Source: a virus
DNA length: 64,000 bases
Strand: one strand, 5' to 3'
Virus record (IMG/VR): IMGVR_UViG_3300035101_000063
This document shows positions 36,656 through 46,981 of the stretch, piece after piece; position 1 is the stretch's first letter; each line of letters opens with the position of its first letter. The notes beneath the pieces are model-generated. The model was not told the DNA's origin. It saw only the letters and a list, made by a program, of their open reading frames with translations, and made no database searches. Position numbers and translations under genes: made by a program.

Positions 36656-38835
36656 TATAATATTTCTCCTATTTCATTTTTTATAACAAGACTTCCCAAT
36701 ACTATCACTTGATTTGAATCTGGAATAAGATTTCCATCTACTAAATAATCAGTTGGTCCAGTTATAGAAATATTCACATAATTAATCCCAGCCGAAGATT
36801 CTGTAACAATATCATATAAATCAGACAAATATAATGGTTGATTAAACTCTCTTCCCTTTAAAAGACTTATAACAACAGATTCAATCTGAGATTTAACTTC
36901 AGAAATAACATATGCTTCAATAATCTTAACTTTTATAGAAATGTCAGCCAAAATAAGAACAGAAATTCCATCAACAACCTCTACAACTTGTGTAACTTCT
37001 TTTATTCCATCCAAATATTCTTGTAACGCAGACCTCAATCCAATAGATGGAGAAGAATAATTACCATCTAAATCTAATGACAAAATAGGAACCTGAACAT
37101 AATTTGACAAACAATCATCAGAAAATAAAACGCCTATTCTATCTTTCATATCTGACATAATTAAATTAATTTGAGAAGATAATGAATCAAAATTACCATC
37201 TATAGAAGATAAAGTACTTTGAATATTACTAATACGAATAGCCAAAGAAGATATTTGAGAAACTATATTATTAACTTCTATATCTACAGCCCCATCTGTA
37301 TTAGTAGCATTCATTATATTATTAGAATTTAACAATACAACATTTTCTATAGCAGAAGATGCAGAAGATGCGACACTTGCAGCTTGTGTAGATTCCTGAT
37401 GAGAACCCGTTATATCTACAAGCATATTATTAACTTCTGCCAAAATATGATCAATATTAGTATTTCCATCCTGAATATATTGAACTAATGCTTCACCAGT
37501 ATTTATTGCATCATTAGCTAAATTCATAGCCAATGTACTTCTAGAAGAAGCCTCATTCATTGAACTTCTAGCAGAAGAAGCACCAGCAGAAGCAGCCCCA
37601 GACCAACTATATATTTGTTGTCTTAATGTGTCTAATTCATCCACTGATGTCTCTATTGATGCTAAAGCTGTTGTCAAAGATGCAGCATCAATAATTACTG
37701 ACTCTTCCATTGCTCCAATAATACTAGAAAAAGATAAAAGCAACGTTTGAATATCAACAACTAATGCATTAAATACTGTATCACTATAAAAACTCCTTGG
37801 ATTAACAGCATATGCTTTTGCAACTGCCCCATATGCTGGATCTACAAAACTATTTGAAAGAGCCTCGTAATCTTGTTGTGTTATTGCAGCACCACGAGCA
37901 GCAAAACTTGAAGGAGCCAAACGTTTTGCTTTCTCAGCATCTTCTGGATCTAATCCACCTACAGCACGATTTGTATTGTTAACATCAAATAAAACAGGTT
38001 GCCCATTTATCGTCAAAGTATCAATAGAAGATTGTATTGTATTACTTCTTACATTACCATTTTTACCATCAATAATCAAAAAACGAATTTTTATCTCAGA
38101 ACCAGACGCAGGTATATTACCTGCCAATCCATCACCAAATCTAATAATCGGTGGATTAGCTAAATAACTAATCTCATAATGATTCGTTTTTTCATACTCT
38201 AAAAAATCCTTTTCTTCCCACAACTGACCATCAACCCATACTTCAGTAGCGTCTACAGCAAGAAAACGATCTTCTAAAATATTGGCTAATCTATATGTCT
38301 GATTCTTACTACCATTTGCAGTATAAGTTAATATCCTAGTATCACCTTGCCTTACATCTACATTTATTGTTGCACCTTCTGACAAAGCAGATGATTGCGT
38401 TATTTTAGCATAAGACTCAAAAGTCAATCCATTTGGTCCTTGAAATCTCCACCGATCTTTCATTATGAATCCTGATGTAGTTCCACCAGGAAAAGTCAAA
38501 ACCAACGTAGTTCCAGCAGGAGAAGCAGGTGTCATCTTATATGCAATTTGTTCTACAAGTCGTTCTACTGCGCTTCTGGTCCTTGCTGTAGATAAAAAAC
38601 AATCTGATGCAGTCCTATCCAAATACCATGTTAAAGCAGCATAAGCCCATGCCACAAGGTCTCTCAACATTATCCCCTGAGAAGTACTTGCATAATCATT
38701 ATATACGGTACCATATTCTATTTTTAATCTACGAAGCAAATCATCAGCAATAGAAACAAAATCTCGAGCAGCATATTTCACTTCATTCAAAAACGTTTGG
38801 TCTGGAACTAACGGACTATATTGGTCATCTGACAT
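36655..38835 (-). CDS. baseplate J-like (gp6/gp47-like) wedge protein
   Basis: 726 aa; follows the gp25/W-like gene in P2/Mu order; long Ser/Ala-rich coiled segment. Confidence 0.5.
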   Translation of the reverse strand: MSDDQYSPLVPDQTFLNEVKYAARDFVSIADDLLRRLKIEYGTVYNDYASTSQGIMLRDLVAWAYAALTWYLDRTASDCFLSTARTRSAVERLVEQIAYKMTPASPAGTTLVLTFPGGTTSGFIMKDRWRFQGPNGLTFESYAKITQSSALSEGATINVDVRQGDTRILTYTANGSKNQTYRLANILEDRFLAVDATEVWVDGQLWEEKDFLEYEKTNHYEISYLANPPIIRFGDGLAGNIPASGSEIKIRFLIIDGKNGNVRSNTIQSSIDTLTINGQPVLFDVNNTNRAVGGLDPEDAEKAKRLAPSSFAARGAAITQQDYEALSNSFVDPAYGAVAKAYAVNPRSFYSDTVFNALVVDIQTLLLSFSSIIGAMEESVIIDAASLTTALASIETSVDELDTLRQQIYSWSGAASAGASSARSSMNEASSRSTLAMNLANDAINTGEALVQYIQDGNTNIDHILAEVNNMLVDITGSHQESTQAASVASSASSAIENVVLLNSNNIMNATNTDGAVDIEVNNIVSQISSLAIRISNIQSTLSSIDGNFDSLSSQINLIMSDMKDRIGVLFSDDCLSNYVQVPILSLDLDGNYSSPSIGLRSALQEYLDGIKEVTQVVEVVDGISVLILADISIKVKIIEAYVISEVKSQIESVVISLLKGREFNQPLYLSDLYDIVTESSAGINYVNISITGPTDYLVDGNLIPDSNQVIVLGSLVIKNEIGEIL

Positions 38836-38836
38836 T

Positions 38837-39265
38837 TTAATACCCTTGTACAGTTGGTGGATAAATTATTTGTTGAGTACTGTCCTGTCCTCCAACAGAA
38901 TACGTAATATCAAACGTTATTTTAGAACCAATACCATCATCATACTTCAATTGACTAGGAATTACACTTATAACATTAACCCATGGTATAAATGTTTCTA
39001 TAGCAGTAGATACCATACTTGAAAGACGAACCTGTTGAATAGGTGTCATATTTGAAAACAAAAAATCATGAACATTCACCCCAAGGCCAACATTCATCAC
39101 CCTCTCTCCAACACCAGTCAAAAGCAATGCTACAATATTTGCAAAACTATATTTTGTTGGATCTTCCATTTCTGGAAAACCAACAGCACCAATTTGAAAT
39201 GGAAACTTGAACGTCTTAATAATATCCAAATCTTTTGCAGAAGGAACCGTATTAACAATACTCAT
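38837..39265 (-). CDS. baseplate wedge protein gp25/GPW-like
   Basis: 142 aa; LLTGVGERVMNVGLGVNVHDFLF resembles the gp25 GER motif region. Confidence 0.6.
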   Translation of the reverse strand: MSIVNTVPSAKDLDIIKTFKFPFQIGAVGFPEMEDPTKYSFANIVALLLTGVGERVMNVGLGVNVHDFLFSNMTPIQQVRLSSMVSTAIETFIPWVNVISVIPSQLKYDDGIGSKITFDITYSVGGQDSTQQIIYPPTVQGY

Positions 39266-39284
39266 ATTCTATACCCTATCACAA

Positions 39285-39298
39285 CGAACTCGAGTTCG
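39285..39298. repeat. palindrome CGAACTCGAGTTCG (copy 6)
   Basis: In the 36-bp gap between 39302..39655 and 38837..39265. Confidence 0.9.
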
Positions 39299-39301
39299 CA
39301 A

Positions 39302-39655
39302 TTAATCCAAAGGACATCTTGGCAATTTAGGAACATTAGGTATCTTTGGCCTTGCTGGCATACTAAATGGTGGTTGTGGTATAGGAACTGCCAATTTAAC
39401 AGAAAAATCCCTAACCGCAATACCAGGTACTTTACCGGGAATCCTAGGTATCTTAGGTATTGCCGGCATACTAAATGGTGGTTGCGGTATAGGTATCGCT
39501 AACTTTGGAATTTTAACCTCAATACTTATTCCAGGTATATTAGGAGTCTTTGGAATCCCAGGTATCTTTGGCCTTGACGGCATACTAAATGGTGGTTGTG
39601 GAATAGGTATCGCTAATCCAGGAACAGGTAATAATGCAATTTTACATTTACTCAT
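39302..39655 (-). CDS. proline-rich protein with three tandem ~35-aa repeats
   Basis: 117 aa; LA(I/V)PIPQPPFSMP(S/A/R)xPKIP repeated three times; inserted between the spike and W-like genes. Confidence 0.55.
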   Translation of the reverse strand: MSKCKIALLPVPGLAIPIPQPPFSMPSRPKIPGIPKTPNIPGISIEVKIPKLAIPIPQPPFSMPAIPKIPRIPGKVPGIAVRDFSVKLAVPIPQPPFSMPARPKIPNVPKLPRCPLD

Positions 39656-40602
39656 GATATAAAAACATTCTCACTTAATTCTCTATAAAGCATCACAGGA
39701 GGTGTTGCACCTGGTGTTGTAGGACTTCCTGGAGCAGTAGAAGTATGCTGATGCATAATTCCCCAACCAATAGCAAACTTATTGCCCCTAATTGCTGGCT
39801 CAGATGCACCTTTTCCAAGCATTACAGTACCAGCATTTGCAGAAAATTGTTTATTTGCATCTGCAACAACATTATCCCCTGTTAACACAATATCTTTCCC
39901 ATCTATACCTATTGCACCACCTGACTTTGTAGTCAAAGTAATCTTGTCATCACCTAGAAAAAGCATCGATAATACATTTCCATTAGAATCCAATGTCTGA
40001 AGTGTAGTTTCATTATCTTCGGCATTCATATATAATGAAGACCCATTACTATTCGTTATCAGTGTATGACCTTCTGTTGTCATACTTATGAATTGAGATG
40101 TTGGCTCTCCTTCACCATCTCCTCTAGCAATTGTAATTTCCAACTTATCTGGGTCATCATTGAATCTTAAAAAATGACCAGCTTTTGTCCTTATACCTCT
40201 CTTTGATGGCCCTTTTTTTTCAGCATCATCAGAAAAAAATGTATCTGAAGTATTTCTAGTTGTTAAAAATCCTCCCATATATAAAGGTTTTCTTGGGTCA
40301 CCAAATTCAAACTGAAGCCACACAAGAGAACCTTCTTCAGGAGGATGAAATATACCAGTCATTTTTCCATCAGAATCCTCTCCTAATCCTGGCATACATG
40401 GTAATATCCAATATCCACCTGGAACATCTTCAGCCTTTGGCATATTTATAGCTGGACATGTAGCTCTTATCCTTCCCCTGTTATCAGGGTCTGCTATATC
40501 AATTACCCTTCCCAAATAACTACCATAATATCTACCGCAGAACCTCTCTAGACCATGCGTAACATCTGCAAGATAATCCCTAAGCCATTCAATCCATTTC
40601 AT
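39652..40602 (-). CDS. baseplate central spike (gpV/Mu gp45/VgrG-N-like)
   Basis: 316 aa; GRVIDIADPDNRGRIRATCP...GSLVWLQFEFGDPRKPLYMGG matches the gpV OB-fold N-terminal signature. Confidence 0.65.
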   Translation of the reverse strand: MKWIEWLRDYLADVTHGLERFCGRYYGSYLGRVIDIADPDNRGRIRATCPAINMPKAEDVPGGYWILPCMPGLGEDSDGKMTGIFHPPEEGSLVWLQFEFGDPRKPLYMGGFLTTRNTSDTFFSDDAEKKGPSKRGIRTKAGHFLRFNDDPDKLEITIARGDGEGEPTSQFISMTTEGHTLITNSNGSSLYMNAEDNETTLQTLDSNGNVLSMLFLGDDKITLTTKSGGAIGIDGKDIVLTGDNVVADANKQFSANAGTVMLGKGASEPAIRGNKFAIGWGIMHQHTSTAPGSPTTPGATPPVMLYRELSENVFIS

Positions 40603-41927
40603 TTTGGAAGCTGACCTCCAGAAGATTCTTTCTGCTCTCCAGACACAGCCTTATATCCACGTCTATAAACATTCAATCGCATTTCCCATGAACCAGGACT
40701 CCACGAATGAACCATCTTCTCTATACAAAACGTACCATTAAATAACACACCAGCACCCCACAACTGACAAAGATTACCAACCATTTCACTAGGAACACCA
40801 ATACTGTTTATTTCCATATGCATACCAGGATCACCTTGACGTTGAAATTTTCTAACCTGATTTTTAAAAATTTCTGTTCCATATGGTAAAATTGGTGCAC
40901 TCATAAAAGTTCCAAGAGAACCATCATTTTTAAAAGCATCAGCTATATATTTTTCATATCCATCAGATGCTTTTATATCTTGTGGCTCAGTATTCTCAAC
41001 TTTACCATCTCTTGCATCTTCTTGATCTTCAGACCTAACATCATATTCAACATCTTCAGCAGTCTCAGAATCTATTCCCCTACCATTTGTTCCTGCTGAT
41101 GCAGAACTAGGTATCCTACTCAACCACACTGCCTCATCAGATTTAGGTGTAAATCCAAAACAAGGATATTGATTATTTAAAGGATCTACAATACCTCTTA
41201 TTACATATTTATTTACATAATCAGTTTCATTCAAATTACCACTCGTTATATCTTTTTCAGTATGAACAATTATTGTCTTCTCACCCTTATATTTCTTAAT
41301 AAAAAATGAACAATCATTATCTTTACAAACAGTTATAAAAATTTGCCAAATACTCATACCTTCAAGACCAGCATAGAAATTAGCCTTTTCTTTATAAGAA
41401 ATCGTTCTTGGTTCAGCAAGCTTCCATGCATTCATATTTGATAAAGCATTTGATGTTATATCAACTTCACAACCTATCTCTTCCCCTAGTAATTTTAATA
41501 ATTTTTCAACATCATATCCAGCATTCTTCAAGATATCTTTCGAAACTGTATATCCCGATAGCTTCATCGGTACATGACTAACTTCTAAATTACCAGATAA
41601 ACCATCTGGTCCTATTGATAATCCTTTTCCTCCAACAGCTAATACACCATGAGCCCATTCTGTCCATTCCCCTGATGCATATCCCATTCTAACTCTCACA
41701 AGATTATCTTTTTTAAATGGCGTTTTTGATGCGTCAAGCGCAGTCATAGCATAATCATAAGGCATATCTACACCTATAACTATACCAGTTATAACCATAT
41801 CACCTTCCCATATCATAGTCAGAGAAGTCAAAAAAGGATGTGATGGAGACCCCCAATGCCATTCCTCACCACTTTCATGGTCTTTGATTATTACTTGTGC
41901 AACAGGATCTATAAATCTAACTGTCAT
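40599..41927 (-). CDS. baseplate hub protein (gpD/Mu gp44-like)
   Basis: 442 aa; sits between the LysM X-like and spike genes in the P2/Mu arrangement. Confidence 0.5.
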   Translation of the reverse strand: MTVRFIDPVAQVIIKDHESGEEWHWGSPSHPFLTSLTMIWEGDMVITGIVIGVDMPYDYAMTALDASKTPFKKDNLVRVRMGYASGEWTEWAHGVLAVGGKGLSIGPDGLSGNLEVSHVPMKLSGYTVSKDILKNAGYDVEKLLKLLGEEIGCEVDITSNALSNMNAWKLAEPRTISYKEKANFYAGLEGMSIWQIFITVCKDNDCSFFIKKYKGEKTIIVHTEKDITSGNLNETDYVNKYVIRGIVDPLNNQYPCFGFTPKSDEAVWLSRIPSSASAGTNGRGIDSETAEDVEYDVRSEDQEDARDGKVENTEPQDIKASDGYEKYIADAFKNDGSLGTFMSAPILPYGTEIFKNQVRKFQRQGDPGMHMEINSIGVPSEMVGNLCQLWGAGVLFNGTFCIEKMVHSWSPGSWEMRLNVYRRGYKAVSGEQKESSGGQLPK

Positions 41928-42325
41928 CTTTCAATATAATTCTGTGTTTGAGGTAACAAATATGTATCTATCCAACTTTTAGATGGAATTTTTATTGTCC
42001 TACCTTGATAAAGTTGAACATCTGGAAGATCCAAATTGTTTCTTGCTGCAATTACCCAATAAAGTTCCTGTCTATCAATTCCCCAAAATTTAGCAGCTAT
42101 TTTATCCAAACGTTCATTTTGCCCACTAATAACATAACTAAATTCTCCATCCTCCACACCATCCCAATTAGGCATTTCAAACATAGATCTAAATCTAATC
42201 AAATTATTCTTTTCCTTATCATAAATCAACTGCTCAGGCATAAAATTCATATAAGAAAATGTACTAGCTCTCAATAAATTCTTCTTTGGATTTGGGTCTG
42301 TTCCAATACTCATTTTATATCTCAA
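41924..42325 (-). CDS. LysM-domain tail protein (P2 gpX-like)
   Basis: 133 aa; YVISGQNERLDKIAAKFWG...GRTIKIP LysM-like motif; just after the tape measure gene. Confidence 0.55.
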   Translation of the reverse strand: MRYKMSIGTDPNPKKNLLRASTFSYMNFMPEQLIYDKEKNNLIRFRSMFEMPNWDGVEDGEFSYVISGQNERLDKIAAKFWGIDRQELYWVIAARNNLDLPDVQLYQGRTIKIPSKSWIDTYLLPQTQNYIER

Positions 42326-45300
42326 CTTGGTGGTGGAGTAGTAGTTCCTGTCACAGGAATACTCACACCACCACTCATTACACTAGTTTGACGTATATTT
42401 TCTTCTAAAATACGTTTTAATAATTTCCTTGTTTGAGCACCTTCATTTGAAACAGCCAAAACAACACTAGCAAGACCAGGTAAATTCATAGCAGCTTCAA
42501 AATTCTTTTTCACATTTATATCAGATTCGGAATCAATAGATGTTTCTATATTTCCACCTAAATCTTTTACCATTGCTTTAGCAACAGATGCCAAAAACAT
42601 CTTTTGTTTAGCAAGGTCTCTCATTTTAGCAGCATATGTATCTATAGTAAGTATAACAGAATCATTAAGAGTTGTTTCAATTGCTCTCCTAATAATATCA
42701 GTACTATCTGTAATACCTAAAGCAAACTGTTCCATCGTAAAATATCCACCACGATATGCAGCGTTAGACTCTCCTTCACCAGCAAGAGGACCAGATTTTA
42801 TTGGAGAATGTGCTATCATTCCATCTGCTATAAAATCAAGACCATCATCAACAGATTGCCTACCTTCTTCTAATCCTGATGTTAGACCATTTATAAATTG
42901 CTCTGCTGTCGTCTTTCCACCCAAAGTATATTTTTCAACATTCGATTCCGTCTTATCAAGAATAAGCTCACTTTGGGCATCTGTTAATAAAGATATAGCT
43001 TTTTCAAGAATTTTAACATCATCACTATCAGGAAACCAACTTTCCTTTTCCGCTTTAAGAGCAGCTCTTAATCTGCCCAATTGACCTGCCATCTCTTCCG
43101 GTTTACGCTGCCATGCCAACTTATACATTCCAAATTTATCAGCACTTCCACCAGCTATTACCTCAGCTTCAGCTATTGCATTACTAACAGATTTTGGCCC
43201 AAAAATAGACTCTGCCATTTTCCACCCAGCATAAGCAGCTAAACCAGCAAGACCTGTAGCACCAGCAGCAGTTGGATGAGATGCAACAGCTTTCAAAAAA
43301 GCTATTCCAGCTTGAGTACCAGCTCCGACCATTCCTGGTCCAAAACCAGCCAACATAGCTCCACCTATAACACCTGCCTGACCAGTAGTTCCTGTCATCT
43401 CTCCTAATTTATTCCAAGCCCACTTAATTCCATCCCATATTGCCATCCCCAATTTAGGAATATTTTCTTTCAAAAAAGGAATAAAATCTTCATTCCAAAA
43501 ATCAATCATTGCTGGTTTCATATCATATTTCCAAAATACTTTAATCCTAGGAACAACTTTATTATCCCAAATACCTATAAAATAATCCCATATTTTTGCA
43601 GCCTTATTTTTTAAATCATTAAAAATTTTATAAAATGGACCTAAAATTTGTCTAACAGACGAATCATCCATAAATAATAAAGCACCAATACCTCCAGCAG
43701 CAATTAATGGAGCAAGAGGACCTGCCATACCCAACATATGCATTATTGGAGCAAGTTCACTTCCAAACTGACTAACTGTATCAAATACTAATCCAATTTT
43801 AGATCCAAATTTTGCCGCGTTTTTAGCACCAACCCCTGTATATTCAGCCATAGATGCAAATACACCACTAATACCCATCTGACGAAATTGAGATAATGCA
43901 TTTACCCATGGTCCCCAAGTTTTATCAGAACCAAGTTCTTTTATTTCTTTTCCTGCTTCACGCATACCAGCAATTTGTTTTCCAACAAGATTTCTTACAT
44001 TTTGTCTAGCTATACTTCTAACAGTTGTATCAAATGACTCTTTTGCTCTATCATATGTTTCTTGTAAGGTTAACCCGGAACTATATGCATCTTTTCCAAA
44101 TTTCTTTAATGCACCAGACCCATCAACAGCCATTTTTGCCATTTTATCTAATGCAGCAGTTCCTTGTTTTGTATTAGTCGCCAAATATGATAATCCAGCA
44201 GCTCCTTCCCCAAGAGCACCACTTAATCCAGATAAAGCTCTTTGAACTTGTGGAGACACATCAGTTCCAAAACGTGCATAAACATTATTAACCATCTTCA
44301 TACCAGCAACTACATCACGACTACCAGTTTCAATAATCTTTCTGGCCGAATCAAATCCAATACCAAGTCTCATAAGATACTTAAGCAATGGATTATCCAT
44401 AAGAGCACGGTCATCACCAATATTTAAAGCTTTTCTAATAGCTACATCCTGTTCAGCAAACATTCTTGCTACAGTATTTGCCTTTGTTATAGCTTCTTCT
44501 TGCGTATCTCCCATCTCTCTAAATACACCAGACATTCTAGCTGATGATTGCATTAAACTCATTATCTCGTCAGAAGTTCTTGCCATAGAAGGAGGCAATG
44601 TTTTAAAAACTTCCCCTAATTCATCCAACTGAACTTTTGCATTCTTTACAGCACCAGTTCCAGTTCCAGCAGCCTTTCCTATTGCCATAAGGCTGTCAAT
44701 CATATTAGCGGCCTCTTTTGGTGAAGCTTGCCAACTTGTTGTCATATCACCAAGAATAGCTGTATATTCAGACATAGGAACGTTAGTTGTTTGAACAACT
44801 TTTACCCAATCTTTTGTAGACAATCCCAATTCATTCATAGCCTCTGTTGCTCCCTTATTAGCTACATGAATTGACCTCATTGTCTCTGCAACAGCATCAG
44901 CCGATGTATTCATACTATAGGCCATACTTGCCGCTTGACTTGCAAACTTCCTCATCTCCTTTCCTGATAAATTCAATGATGCAGCAACTGGTTTAGTAGA
45001 CTGAAGCATACTCACCATTGTAGCTTCCAAACTATTTGTAAGATTACCAGTCTCTCCAGTTAATGTTCTAACATTTGATGCCATATCAGCAATATTAAAT
45101 TGCATCACAGAATTTCTTATTTTATCAAAAGATGATTTTATTTTATTTGCAGATTTTGACCCAATATTGCCAAGCTCTTTAAATGTCTTAGATAAAATAC
45201 CTACTTTATTAGATGCTTTACCGGCATTTTTTTCTGTATCTTCAAAAAAATTCTCTTTCTTGATTTTCTTGATAACACTATCCTGGTCTATTAACATTTT

Positions 45301-45396
45301 GTTAACATCATCAAGTGCTTTTGCAGCCTTTATAATGCCATCCTTCATCCCAGCATCAACAGCTGCCATCTCCAATGATATACCAAGAAAACTCAT
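42322..45396 (-). CDS. tail tape measure protein
   Basis: 1024 aa, Ala/Gly/Met-rich and helical, lying between the tube genes and the baseplate hub. Confidence 0.7.
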   Translation of the reverse strand: MSFLGISLEMAAVDAGMKDGIIKAAKALDDVNKMLIDQDSVIKKIKKENFFEDTEKNAGKASNKVGILSKTFKELGNIGSKSANKIKSSFDKIRNSVMQFNIADMASNVRTLTGETGNLTNSLEATMVSMLQSTKPVAASLNLSGKEMRKFASQAASMAYSMNTSADAVAETMRSIHVANKGATEAMNELGLSTKDWVKVVQTTNVPMSEYTAILGDMTTSWQASPKEAANMIDSLMAIGKAAGTGTGAVKNAKVQLDELGEVFKTLPPSMARTSDEIMSLMQSSARMSGVFREMGDTQEEAITKANTVARMFAEQDVAIRKALNIGDDRALMDNPLLKYLMRLGIGFDSARKIIETGSRDVVAGMKMVNNVYARFGTDVSPQVQRALSGLSGALGEGAAGLSYLATNTKQGTAALDKMAKMAVDGSGALKKFGKDAYSSGLTLQETYDRAKESFDTTVRSIARQNVRNLVGKQIAGMREAGKEIKELGSDKTWGPWVNALSQFRQMGISGVFASMAEYTGVGAKNAAKFGSKIGLVFDTVSQFGSELAPIMHMLGMAGPLAPLIAAGGIGALLFMDDSSVRQILGPFYKIFNDLKNKAAKIWDYFIGIWDNKVVPRIKVFWKYDMKPAMIDFWNEDFIPFLKENIPKLGMAIWDGIKWAWNKLGEMTGTTGQAGVIGGAMLAGFGPGMVGAGTQAGIAFLKAVASHPTAAGATGLAGLAAYAGWKMAESIFGPKSVSNAIAEAEVIAGGSADKFGMYKLAWQRKPEEMAGQLGRLRAALKAEKESWFPDSDDVKILEKAISLLTDAQSELILDKTESNVEKYTLGGKTTAEQFINGLTSGLEEGRQSVDDGLDFIADGMIAHSPIKSGPLAGEGESNAAYRGGYFTMEQFALGITDSTDIIRRAIETTLNDSVILTIDTYAAKMRDLAKQKMFLASVAKAMVKDLGGNIETSIDSESDINVKKNFEAAMNLPGLASVVLAVSNEGAQTRKLLKRILEENIRQTSVMSGGVSIPVTGTTTPPPS

Positions 45397-45406
45397 TATT
45401 TACCTC

Positions 45407-45422
45407 ACGAACTCGAGTTCGT
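45407..45422. repeat. palindrome ACGAACTCGAGTTCGT (copy 7)
   Basis: 10 bp upstream of the tape-measure start codon. Confidence 0.9.
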
Positions 45423-45603
45423 TACCTTCTTCGTCTTGGTCTGCTATAACTTTGCTGATTCTTTTTAACATTCATAGCAGATCTATCTAATGAAGATTTT
45501 TTTTCTACAAACCGCTTTCTTCTTGAATATGGCATATTCATAATGGTCAAATAACTCTGTCCTTGTCTTTCCATTAAATAAAACATTTCATCCTCAAGGA
45601 CAT

Positions 45604-46431
45604 CTATTTGACCGATGGGAAGAAAAAACTTGGCTGACCAACATCCAACTTACCTTCCCATTCATGTCCACACCTCTCACACATAAACTGCACCAACGTA
45701 TCTATATTATCTTCTTTTTTATCAAAAAGATCTCTCAAAGTAGCTCTATCCCTTATCGGTAAATCCATCAACAAATCAATAGCTTCTTTATACTTATTCT
45801 TTCTATCTACTTCAATATCATCAATCGAATCAACACGAGACAATAAATGTAATGTTAAAAGTTCTTTATCTCTTTTTCTTTTACGCTGCTCTGTAAGCCA
45901 TTCTTCATCTTCTATCCTTATCACATGCCATTTTACTTCTCTTCCACTAGGAAGAACATTAACCATTTCTCTTTCCATCCTATTTGGCATTGGTGAAATT
46001 TCAATTTCTGATAAATTTACCGTAACATGCTGACTCACATTACACTCTGGACATGTAACTGTACAATCATAAAAATCACCAAGTGATATTCTACGAAGAG
46101 CCAAAAGAATAGCCATTCTATCTTGAGCTATCAGATTACAAGCTATTTTTCTTAATAAAGACTTATCACTAATAGACCCTATTTGCTCTAAACAATTCCC
46201 AATTATAACATTCAATCTAGAAACTATTGAACCTTTACTAGCCAACAATTCTTCTTCTGGTCCCTTCATCTCACGTAATACAGCATGCACGTGAAGATCT
46301 CCATCCTCATGAATATATCCTGCTGGCAACTCAATAGTAATACAACCTGGCCCTATATCAAGAACATGACCTTTTGTCTTACCTAATACAATTTTATCAT
46401 CGATAACCTTTTCATCATTCATCTCATTCAT
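45604..46431 (-). CDS. hypothetical protein with CxxC pairs
   Basis: 275 aa; CPECN...CERCGHEW. Confidence 0.5.
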   Translation of the reverse strand: MNEMNDEKVIDDKIVLGKTKGHVLDIGPGCITIELPAGYIHEDGDLHVHAVLREMKGPEEELLASKGSIVSRLNVIIGNCLEQIGSISDKSLLRKIACNLIAQDRMAILLALRRISLGDFYDCTVTCPECNVSQHVTVNLSEIEISPMPNRMEREMVNVLPSGREVKWHVIRIEDEEWLTEQRKRKRDKELLTLHLLSRVDSIDDIEVDRKNKYKEAIDLLMDLPIRDRATLRDLFDKKEDNIDTLVQFMCERCGHEWEGKLDVGQPSFFFPSVK

Positions 46432-46600
46432 CTGTAACTTCTTTCTCTATTTTAGCAATCCTAAATTTTTCCCTAACTCTTCTCTCCACATAATCTAAAA
46501 TCAACTCTCTAACAACATCACTAGCACTTCTACCATCCTCCTTACATTGATCAAGAAACCTCTTATATACACCACTTTTTATTTCAACATTCAACCTTGG
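46424..46600 (-). CDS. ribbon-helix-helix (CopG/Arc-like) DNA-binding protein, 58 aa (below ORF-track cutoff)
   Basis: MPRLNVEIKSGVYKRFLDQCKEDGRSASDVVRELILDYVERR...: beta-strand RLNVEI followed by helices; stop overlaps the next ATG; divergent from the plus-strand operon. Confidence 0.55.
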   Translation of the reverse strand, partial: PRLNVEIKSGVYKRFLDQCKEDGRSASDVVRELILDYVERRVREKFRIAKIEKEVTDE

Positions 46601-46692
46601 CATATAACAACCTTCCTAAAACACTACTTGAGTAAATAATACCACTTTTATGCTATCATTATCAACACTTTTGCATTTTTTTATCAAAAAAG

Positions 46693-46720
46693 TTGACAAA
46701 CTTTATCATAATGTTAATAT
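46693..46720 (+). promoter_or_regulatory. plus-strand promoter AGTTGACAAAC -35 / TAATAT -10
   Basis: ttgaca at 46693-46698, 16-bp spacer, taatat at 46715-46720; ~45 bp upstream of the ATG at 46765. Confidence 0.6.
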
Positions 46721-46764
46721 TCATATAGATAGTCGATAAGATTTCGACAGAAAGGAACAAACTA

Positions 46765-46974
46765 ATGAAAGCCTCAGAAATTTATATCTATCAAAAAAAT
46801 GACCCAAATAATACAATTACAGGAATAGTCGACAACAGAGGTTATCTCTATTGTACAGAATGTGCTAAACGACTAGAAAAAGAAGGAACTGCTATTTTTA
46901 TTATGAATTCACATCTCTCCAAATCAAACACTGAACATTGTGATTCATGCAAAAAACAAATAGCCGTATGGTAA
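46765..46974 (+). CDS. zinc-ribbon protein
   Basis: 69 aa; CTECAKR...CDSCKKQ. Confidence 0.5.
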   Translation: MKASEIYIYQKNDPNNTITGIVDNRGYLYCTECAKRLEKEGTAIFIMNSHLSKSNTEHCDSCKKQIAVW

Positions 46975-46981
46975 AAAAACA

